From: a bacterium
GTDB lineage: Bacteria; Ratteibacteria; UBA8468; B48-G9; DTJG01
Assembly: GCA_021800535.1 (NCBI GenBank)
Contig: JAJYYV010000002.1
Coordinates: forward strand, 25,620-89,619
Reading direction: 5' to 3'
Length of the DNA stretch: 64,000 bases
The notes under the pieces were generated by a model. That model saw only the letters and a program-made list of their open reading frames with translations, was not told where the DNA came from and did not search any database. Shown here one piece after another: positions 56,784 to 64,000 of the stretch (the first letter of the stretch is position 1; the number at the start of each line of letters is the position of its first letter). The translations under genes and the position numbers were made by a program.

Positions 56784-58619
56784 ATGGAAAACAGAATAAA
56801 ATTTATAAATACCTTTATAATAATTGTTATATTAGGGCTTATTTTACGATTTGTTTATCTACAGATAATCAAGTATTCTTTTTATAGTAACCTTGCTAAA
56901 AAGAATGCAATAAGAACAATTCAGATTGGTATTCCCAGAGGTGAAATTTTTGATAGAAATAGCAGGGTTTTGGCAAAAGACCATGCAGATTTTAATCTTG
57001 TTTTTTCTCCTTATAATATAAAAAACCCGCAAAGAGAGGCAAAAATTCTTTCCCCAATTATAGGAATGAAAGACTCAGACCTTGTAAAAATTCTGTCCCA
57101 AACAACCGAGAATCCTTTCTATAGAAAAATTTTAAAACTAAATATTTCAAAAGCTGAAATGTCAAAAATTGAGGAATATGCTTATTATTTACCTGGAATA
57201 TATATACAATTAGGGATAAACCGTGATTATCCTTTAGGAAAAGCTTCTGCCCAGCTTCTTGGTTATACAGGAGAAGTATCTCAACAACAATTAGACCAAA
57301 TGGCAGGACAGGGACTTAAACCAGGTGATTATATTGGCCAGTATGGATTGGAAGAAGAATACAATCAATATCTTATGGGAAAACCAGAAGGATATGAAGT
57401 GGAAGTTAATGCTTTGGGACAACAAATACAGGTTTTACATAAAACAAAGATAATACCCGGAGATAATTTGTATTTAACCGTAGATAAATCATTACAAAAA
57501 ATATGTTATAATGCCCTTAAGGGTTGGAAAGAAGGAGCTATTGTCGCGATGAATCCCAACAATGGGCAGATTTTAGCTCTGGTCAGCAAACCCGCTTTTA
57601 ACCCTGATGATATAGCAAAATATTTACAACCTCCCTATTCAAATGGCAATCCTTTTCTTGACAGGGTTATCTCAGGACAATTTCCTCCTGCTTCTATTTT
57701 TAAAATTATTACAGCAACAGCAGGACTGGAAGATGGTTATATTGGAGAACATGATAAAATTAATTGTCCTGCAACAATAAAAATAGGTAATAGCATTTTT
57801 CACAACTGGGACCCTATAAACTTAGGCTGGATTGATATAGATACTGCATTTCCTATTTCAAATGATATATTTTTTGCAAAACTTGGGCTAAGAATAGGTA
57901 TAAAAAATCTTCTTGGATGGGCTAAACTTTTTGGGGTTGGCTCTCCCACAGGGATTGACCTTCCAGGTGAAGCCTCAGGACATATTCCTTCAAATAATTA
58001 TGGACCAGAACGGGAAAATGTAAATATTTCTATTGGCCAGGGTTCTATTCTTATGACTCCTTTACAGATAGCCCGGGAATTGTCTATAGTTGCTAATGGC
58101 GGACAGGTATGGCAGCCTTACATTGTTAAAAAAATAGTTAGTCCTGATGGAAGAAATATACAAAGATTTTATCCGGTTTTACAGAGAACTGTGTTCATAT
58201 CAAATAGAACTTTAGAAATACTCCGAAGAGATTTAACAAATGTTGTAGCCTGGCCAAACGGCACAGGTTATAGTGCTTATGTCCCTGGTTTACAAATAGC
58301 AGGGAAAACAGGAACAGCTGAAACAGGGCCAAGACACCTTAATCTTCCTCTTCGTGGAGCTTTTGCCTGTTTTACACCGGTTAATCATCCATCTATTGTT
58401 CTTGTTGTTTATCTTGATTATGCTCCTTCTTCATGGTTTGCCGCTGGAATTGCAGGGAAGATATTAAAGGAATATTTTTTGCCTTCTATAGCAAATTCAC
58501 AAAATACAAATTCTGAAACAAAAATAAAACAATTAGAGGAATATAATCCAAACAATCCTTATGCAAAAAACACAGCTGAAAGAATTATAAAACGAATGAA
58601 AAATAAAAATTTAAAATGA
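56784..58619 (+). CDS. mrdA: penicillin-binding protein 2 (elongasome transpeptidase)
   Basis: 611 aa. SxxK (ASIFK), SxD (SND) and KTG (GKTGTAE) motifs plus an N-terminal TM anchor. Confidence 0.93.
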   Translation: MENRIKFINTFIIIVILGLILRFVYLQIIKYSFYSNLAKKNAIRTIQIGIPRGEIFDRNSRVLAKDHADFNLVFSPYNIKNPQREAKILSPIIGMKDSDLVKILSQTTENPFYRKILKLNISKAEMSKIEEYAYYLPGIYIQLGINRDYPLGKASAQLLGYTGEVSQQQLDQMAGQGLKPGDYIGQYGLEEEYNQYLMGKPEGYEVEVNALGQQIQVLHKTKIIPGDNLYLTVDKSLQKICYNALKGWKEGAIVAMNPNNGQILALVSKPAFNPDDIAKYLQPPYSNGNPFLDRVISGQFPPASIFKIITATAGLEDGYIGEHDKINCPATIKIGNSIFHNWDPINLGWIDIDTAFPISNDIFFAKLGLRIGIKNLLGWAKLFGVGSPTGIDLPGEASGHIPSNNYGPERENVNISIGQGSILMTPLQIARELSIVANGGQVWQPYIVKKIVSPDGRNIQRFYPVLQRTVFISNRTLEILRRDLTNVVAWPNGTGYSAYVPGLQIAGKTGTAETGPRHLNLPLRGAFACFTPVNHPSIVLVVYLDYAPSSWFAAGIAGKILKEYFLPSIANSQNTNSETKIKQLEEYNPNNPYAKNTAERIIKRMKNKNLK

Positions 58620-59686
58620 TAAAAAAAATATATTCTGAAAATACTATTGTATGGCTTACATATATAATAATTGTTATAGGACTATTGCTTCAATTTGGAG
58701 CCTCAAACACAGTTGAAACCCATCAAATATTTTTAAAACAAATTGTTTGGGTAATAGCTGGTACAATTATTTTTTTATTTTTAAGAAAATTTGATTATAG
58801 AAACTGGCAGAAATTATCTCTTCCTCTTTACATTTTTTTTATTCTTCTTCTTATGGCAGTGCTTGTTATTGGTTATGGCCCTGCTAAAAGATGGATACAT
58901 ATAGCCGGACCTATTGATTTTCAACCTTCTGAATTTTTTAAAATAGTCTTTATATTAATTCTTGCTAAATATTTTTCATCCAAAAGTGCAGAAAAACTTC
59001 CTGTGTTTTTAGGTGGTATTATACTGGCTGGAATTCCTGCTTTTCTCATTCTTAAAGAGCCTAACCTTGGAACCTGTTTGCTATTTATTATAATATTTTT
59101 TTCTCTTGCTTATATTGCAGGAGCCAAAAAGAAACATATTTTTACTATTTTACTTATTGCTGTTTTGATAAGTCCTTTTTTATGGATGGGACTAAAAAAA
59201 TATCAAAGAGAAAGACTTGTTGTCTTTTTGGCTCCATGGAAAAATCCTCTTGGAATGGGATATAATCTTCTTCAATCCAAAATAGCAATTGGTTCAGGTG
59301 GACTTCTCGGAACAGGTTATATGAAAGGAACTCAGACAGAACTAAGCTTTCTCCCCGCCTATCATACAGATTTTATATTCTGTGTTCTGTCAGAACAATT
59401 TGGACTCATAGGGGTTATTGTATTCATTTTAATTTATTTGTGGTTTCTTGAGAGAATTGCCAAAATTGCTTTTACAACCCAGGATAATTTTGCAAAACTT
59501 GTTTCATCAGGTATTCTTATATTGTTCTTTTTACAGATATTTATAAATATTGGAATGGCATCAGGAATTTTGCCTGTTGCAGGAATTCCATTGCCTTTTG
59601 TCAGCTATGGCGGTTCTTCCATACTTGCTTCATTCATTGAGATTTCCATAATATATAATATAAGCAGAAATTCTGCACTTTTCTAA
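58616..59686 (+). CDS. rodA: SEDS-family peptidoglycan polymerase RodA
   Basis: 356 aa FtsW/RodA/SpoVE pattern (HTDFIF, GIPLPFVSYGGSS). ATGA overlap with mrdA. Confidence 0.93.
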   Translation: MIKKIYSENTIVWLTYIIIVIGLLLQFGASNTVETHQIFLKQIVWVIAGTIIFLFLRKFDYRNWQKLSLPLYIFFILLLMAVLVIGYGPAKRWIHIAGPIDFQPSEFFKIVFILILAKYFSSKSAEKLPVFLGGIILAGIPAFLILKEPNLGTCLLFIIIFFSLAYIAGAKKKHIFTILLIAVLISPFLWMGLKKYQRERLVVFLAPWKNPLGMGYNLLQSKIAIGSGGLLGTGYMKGTQTELSFLPAYHTDFIFCVLSEQFGLIGVIVFILIYLWFLERIAKIAFTTQDNFAKLVSSGILILFFLQIFINIGMASGILPVAGIPLPFVSYGGSSILASFIEISIIYNISRNSALF

Positions 59687-59687
59687 C

Positions 59688-61388
59688 ATGGATAGATCTA
59701 TTTTCTTTTCAATTCAAAAACCATTTACATATCTTGGAAATGAAATTAACAGCACCCATAAAGAATTTTCAAAACAAAAAGTAAAAATTGCTCTTGGGTA
59801 CCCTGATATCTATGAAATTGGTATGTCAAATCTGGGAATAAGAATTCTATATGGATTAATTAATAATATTGGGGATGTTGTATGTGAAAGATTTTTTAGT
59901 CCTTTACCGGATATGGCGGAAGTTATGAGACAAAAAGACATTCCTCTGTTTACTCTGGAATCCAGAGAACCTTTAATGAATTTTGATATTATCGGATTTA
60001 GTGTTTCCTCTGAACTTAATTACACCAACATTCTTGAAATTCTTTCTCTTTCAAAAATTCCTATATTTTCCTCAGAAAGAAATAATCAGCATCCGCTTAT
60101 TATTGCAGGCGGAGATGGCTCTTTTTCTCCTGAAAGTTTATCTGAGTTTATTGATGTATGGATAATAGGAGAAGGAGAAGAAATAATGCCGGAAGTTATA
60201 GATTTATATAAAAATCTTAAGGGATTTCCCAGGTATAAAATACTTGAAGGTATTTCAACAATCAAAGGAATTTATATTCCTTCTTTTTATAAAGAAGATA
60301 AAAATTCCAGGATTTTTCCTGTCTCAGAAAAATTTCCTACTGTAATAGAAAGAAGAACTGTAAAAGATTTTGAAAATTCTTTTTTCCCTGTTAAATGGAT
60401 AACTCCAGTAAGTGAAATTACACATGATAGGATTTCACTTGAGATCATGAGAGGATGTCCTAATAATTGCTTTTTTTGCCAGGGTGGATTTTGCTGGAAA
60501 CCTGTAAGGAAAAGAAGCGTGGGAAGAATTATAGACCTTGCACAACAAACCTATAAAAATACAGGCTATGAAGAAATTTCCCTGCTTTCATTTTCTTCAG
60601 GAGACCATCCTGATATTGAAAAGATTATAGAAAATCTTTTAGAATTATTTCCCAAAGAAAAAGTTGCTATATCTTTTCCTTCTTTAAGGATAGACAGTTT
60701 TTCTTTTTCACTGGCAAATAAATTCAGTAATATAAAAAGAACAGGATTAACCTTCGCTCCTGAAACAGGGGAAAAATTAAGAAAATTTATTGGCAAAGCC
60801 ATAGACGATGAAAAACTTATCAGTCTTGCTTGTGATGCAAAAAAAAACCACTGGAGACAGATAAAACTTTATTTTATACTTGGACTGCCGGGTGAAACAG
60901 AACAAACAATTGAAGAAATAGTCATCCTTATAGAAAAACTATCAAAAATCATAAGTATAAAAGCATCTTTCAGCATTTTTATACCCAAACCCCATACACC
61001 ATTCCAATGGGAAAAATTTCCTATAAGAGAAGATATTTTTAGTAAAAGGAAATATCTTCTGGATAAATTTTCAAAAAACAGATATGTAAAACTAAATTTT
61101 CATTCCTATGATATGAGTCTTATTGAAACAATTCTTTCAAGAGGAAACAGAAGTCTTGGTAATGCCATAAAATATGTATGGGAAAATGGTGGGAAAATGG
61201 AAAACTGGAAAGAATTTTTTGTTTTTGAAAGATGGGAGGATGCCTTTGAAAAAACACCATTTGATAAAGAAATATGCTTAGGTCCGGTTTCACCTGATAA
61301 AAACCTGCCATGGCAACATATTAAATCCTATTTTTCAAAAGATTATCTCTGGGAAAAAAGAAATTCTTTTTACTCAAATCTTATGTGA
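59688..61388 (+). CDS. uncharacterised radical SAM protein with N-terminal B12-binding-like domain (TIGR03960-like)
   Basis: 566 aa. Family-typical N-terminus QKPFTYLGNEINS...IALGYPDIYEIGMSNLG and the CxxxCxxC motif MRGCPNNCFFCQGG. Starts 1 nt after the rodA stop. Confidence 0.8.
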   Translation: MDRSIFFSIQKPFTYLGNEINSTHKEFSKQKVKIALGYPDIYEIGMSNLGIRILYGLINNIGDVVCERFFSPLPDMAEVMRQKDIPLFTLESREPLMNFDIIGFSVSSELNYTNILEILSLSKIPIFSSERNNQHPLIIAGGDGSFSPESLSEFIDVWIIGEGEEIMPEVIDLYKNLKGFPRYKILEGISTIKGIYIPSFYKEDKNSRIFPVSEKFPTVIERRTVKDFENSFFPVKWITPVSEITHDRISLEIMRGCPNNCFFCQGGFCWKPVRKRSVGRIIDLAQQTYKNTGYEEISLLSFSSGDHPDIEKIIENLLELFPKEKVAISFPSLRIDSFSFSLANKFSNIKRTGLTFAPETGEKLRKFIGKAIDDEKLISLACDAKKNHWRQIKLYFILGLPGETEQTIEEIVILIEKLSKIISIKASFSIFIPKPHTPFQWEKFPIREDIFSKRKYLLDKFSKNRYVKLNFHSYDMSLIETILSRGNRSLGNAIKYVWENGGKMENWKEFFVFERWEDAFEKTPFDKEICLGPVSPDKNLPWQHIKSYFSKDYLWEKRNSFYSNLM

Positions 61389-64000
61389 TTTTTTCTTTTC
61401 TGATAATCTGAGGCTGTTTCATTAAACCACATGGAACAATCTGATAATTCTCACTCCACCTTTCTCCTTCTGCAACAAACTCTCCAGGTCCTGTCCATAG
61501 CGGCCATTTTTCAGAAAGGTGAAACGGTCCATGTGAATTACGTCTATGACCCAAAACTTCTATGGATAAAAGAACCGATTCTTTTCCTTTTATATAGTCT
61601 GTTATATCTGTTTGATAAGGTGGCCATCCAATAATCTGGATTTCTTTTCCATCTATAAGGATTCTGATTGCTGAGCCTCTGTATTCAGGAATATTGACAA
61701 TAATATGCTGATTGTCTTTTATTTCCGGTTTTATTAAACAGGTATAATCTACTGAACCTGAATAAAATAAAAGTCCCTGTTCTGTCCAATCACCTATTTT
61801 CAAAGAATTAACCGGCTCAGTAATCACAATCTGATTATCTTTTATTTTAGTGCCAAAGTTCCCGAGAATATATGCTATTTCAAAACCAGAATGATTTTCA
61901 TTATAACTGGTTTCAAGAATTATTTCATTTCTTCCTGTTTTTAAAATTGAGGGGTCTATTCTTAATGTTTTTAAGGATTTATCCACCCACCAACCACTTT
62001 CCATGTCATTTGGAATTTTATGATCATTAATGCTTATGCTGAAAAGTTCCGGTCTTTCAATAGCAAAAGATATTTCTCCTGATGGAATTTTTTCAATGAA
62101 AATGGAATACTTAAGAAAAACATTAACTGTTTTGGGATTTTTATTCTTTTTTCTTGCCCATGGTTGAACCATTGTTCCTCCTCTTGGAGAAATTCCTAAA
62201 TACTGTCTGATATCTGTATCCACCCGTAATATCTCTTTTTCTGGCTGCCAGTCTTTTTCCCCTATTTTATAAGAGGGTTTATCTAAAACATAAACATTGG
62301 GTTCGCTAAGTAATATATTCCAATTTTCATTGTTAATATTTATTCTATCTATTTCCTGAAATTTATCTTTTTTCTTGATTCCCAGGAAGGATATAGAATT
62401 TGACTGTCTCGGAATAATAAAAAGTCTGCTTTCAATGGGCCCAAATTCTGTTTTTATCTGGTAACCTGTATCTGTTTTTTCACAATCTGCATTGTAAAGC
62501 TGACCAGTTTTAAGGTCTACTTCTATTGCAGGTAAAGACCAGCCTGGAAAACCTTTTATAACAACATCTGAGAAAGAAAGAATCCTGTCTTTTACCATGA
62601 TTCTTTCATTCATAATGTCTTTATTCCATTCCATAGATGTGTTGCAAACAAATAAATAAAAGGCTTCTTTGTCTTCTCTTAATAGGTATAAAACAGGTTT
62701 TATTTCTTTTCCTTGTTTATCAGATATTGATATTCTTCTTGTTTTTGATTCTATTTTACCGATTGCTTCTTCAAATGAAGAAACACTTTCACAATTTGAA
62801 GCAAATTCTTTTGCTTCCTGAGATTTAACAACATCTACATACTCAGCAATGGGTTCAACAAAAACAACCTGTCCGCCTGCTTTACTAAATTTATCAAGAA
62901 TCTTTAGAGTGGTTTTTCTGATTGTTATAAGAGAAGGAACCAAAACTGATTTATATTCTGCCTTGCCTATTTTTAAAATCGGAATACCATCTTTTTGGGT
63001 TATTTTAGCAATCCTTGAAATCATTTCTTCATCCCCGTAATCAAAATCAATATGATGGGAAAGAAGATTATCACATATATTTACAAACATTTCATCATAT
63101 TGTTTTACCCGGGGGTTTTTTTCCCACTGATTTTTATCTTCCAGCCATTTCCCCATATGAAAAATAGTCCACATACTTTCAATAGGATGAATTACTAATA
63201 AATCCCTTATTTCTTCTCCTTTTGTCATTACTGAATTAATACGGCCAAAATAATCTTCAATAACAGGATATTGCTGCCACCATGTGGATTGATAAAAAAT
63301 ACTTGCAGGATAATCTCTTTTTGCTTCTCCAAGCATAGTGTAGTAAGACAGATGTGGACATCTTAGATTTATTCCAAGAGCAAACTGCCAATCTCCTAAA
63401 GCTTTATGTCCGGCAAGAGGAAAATCCCATCCAGTACATCCATAGGTTTCTGTTAAACGCCATTTCCTGCCAAACTGCCTTGCTACTGAACTTACCTGTT
63501 TTGCAACATTAAAAATTCTCCAATATTCTGTTAAAAGGTCCATTCCTGGGGCTTGCATGTGTTCATAAAATCTTAAACAGTTTCCCACTACAGATGTTTG
63601 ACTGGAAAGTGTATCTTCTGCCAAGATATGACCGGTAAACATTATATTGTTTTTCTCGCACCAGTCTCCTATCTGCTTGGCAAATGCAGTAACAAAAAGA
63701 TGGGTGATACAATCATAATAATGGTATCGTGCCTTTGAAATTTCCTGGCCTTCTATATCAAAATAAATTTCAGGTAAATGCTCTATTATGTCATAACCAT
63801 ATCTTTTATAAAAGATTTTTGAGAGGTTATCTGTCCATGTAATTGCAATATTCATTTCCGGTTGAGGAGGCCACACACTATGATAAAAATGCCCTCCATA
63901 ATTGGGTTCATCAGTAAAAATCCCAGGTATTACAGAACCAAAATATTTTCCTGAATTTTTCTTGTATGCATTATGCGTAACATTGATGAATTCTTTTACT
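61381..64000 (-). CDS. large glycoside-hydrolase-like protein, 5' end outside the window (family uncertain)
   Basis: The reading frame stays open upstream of the track's GTG at 63876 to the window edge (...GSVIPGIFTDEPNYGG...). More than 870 aa with beta-sandwich-like C-terminal regions. The FTDEP context resembles sugar hydrolase catalytic domains, but I cannot assign a family. Confidence 0.4.
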   Translation of the reverse strand, partial: VKEFINVTHNAYKKNSGKYFGSVIPGIFTDEPNYGGHFYHSVWPPQPEMNIAITWTDNLSKIFYKRYGYDIIEHLPEIYFDIEGQEISKARYHYYDCITHLFVTAFAKQIGDWCEKNNIMFTGHILAEDTLSSQTSVVGNCLRFYEHMQAPGMDLLTEYWRIFNVAKQVSSVARQFGRKWRLTETYGCTGWDFPLAGHKALGDWQFALGINLRCPHLSYYTMLGEAKRDYPASIFYQSTWWQQYPVIEDYFGRINSVMTKGEEIRDLLVIHPIESMWTIFHMGKWLEDKNQWEKNPRVKQYDEMFVNICDNLLSHHIDFDYGDEEMISRIAKITQKDGIPILKIGKAEYKSVLVPSLITIRKTTLKILDKFSKAGGQVVFVEPIAEYVDVVKSQEAKEFASNCESVSSFEEAIGKIESKTRRISISDKQGKEIKPVLYLLREDKEAFYLFVCNTSMEWNKDIMNERIMVKDRILSFSDVVIKGFPGWSLPAIEVDLKTGQLYNADCEKTDTGYQIKTEFGPIESRLFIIPRQSNSISFLGIKKKDKFQEIDRININNENWNILLSEPNVYVLDKPSYKIGEKDWQPEKEILRVDTDIRQYLGISPRGGTMVQPWARKKNKNPKTVNVFLKYSIFIEKIPSGEISFAIERPELFSISINDHKIPNDMESGWWVDKSLKTLRIDPSILKTGRNEIILETSYNENHSGFEIAYILGNFGTKIKDNQIVITEPVNSLKIGDWTEQGLLFYSGSVDYTCLIKPEIKDNQHIIVNIPEYRGSAIRILIDGKEIQIIGWPPYQTDITDYIKGKESVLLSIEVLGHRRNSHGPFHLSEKWPLWTGPGEFVAEGERWSENYQIVPCGLMKQPQIIRKEKIT

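Noticed and set aside
1-64000. Scanned for CRISPR arrays, tRNA or rRNA genes, transposases, integrases, and long tandem or terminal inverted repeats.
   Set aside because: None recognised by eye. The regular short repeats are explained by AT-rich codon usage and paralogous gene motifs. A computational scan (tRNAscan, CRISPR finder, self dot-plot) would be needed to exclude small elements.

Overview
AT-rich (about 30% GC by eye), very gene-dense bacterial window with about 65 protein genes. I saw no rRNA, tRNA, CRISPR array, transposase or integrase. All calls come from reading the ORF translations and the DNA by eye. No BLAST or HMM search was run, and the identity percentages are hand counts. 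The window has three parts. (1) 139-12060 is a minus-strand housekeeping array: nusA, infB, HIT, kdsA, kdsD, kdsC, an lptC-like gene, spoIID, hpf, ptsN, ptsI, PGI/PMI and metK. Many of these junctions are ATGA stop/start overlaps. (2) 12188-50911 is a roughly 38.7 kb, almost entirely plus-strand envelope-glycan super-cluster. It starts with a winged-helix regulator and a Wzm/Wzt ABC exporter. It then encodes APS kinase plus a sulfotransferase, a B12-type radical SAM enzyme, four GT4, one GT9 and seven GT2 glycosyltransferases. It also holds five ArnT/PMT-like GT-C membrane glycosyltransferases, a NodB deacetylase, an AsnB-type amidotransferase, three SAM methyltransferases and a nucleotide-sugar block (Ugd, UDP-xylose synthase, two more SDR enzymes, one NTP-transferase). 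(3) 50915-61388 carries queA, a ThuA / ThuB-like / TIM-barrel trio, and mreBCD-mrdA-rodA followed by an uncharacterised radical SAM gene. A large glycoside-hydrolase-like gene converges on it and runs off the window end. The Kdo, Lpt-like and GT9 genes indicate a diderm organism; I cannot assign a taxon. There are three main candidates for something undescribed. (a) A multi-branch extracytoplasmic glycosylation machinery: five GT-C enzymes matched by five short Dpm1/ArnC-like GT2 enzymes, including an ArnC-ArnD-ArnT-like triad, coupled to sulfation, methylation and radical SAM chemistry. (b) Four non-biosynthetic cassettes wedged into gene junctions of the otherwise translationally coupled operon: AbrB-PIN, an orphan AbrB, VapB-PIN, and a tandem pair of AAA-ATPase/PD-(D/E)xK proteins. 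Three of them are flanked by direct repeats that duplicate the 5' end of the downstream gene. (c) The tandem ATPase-nuclease genes share a GACAAATT-N15-AATTTGTC operator-like palindrome and an identical, apparently leaderless promoter geometry.
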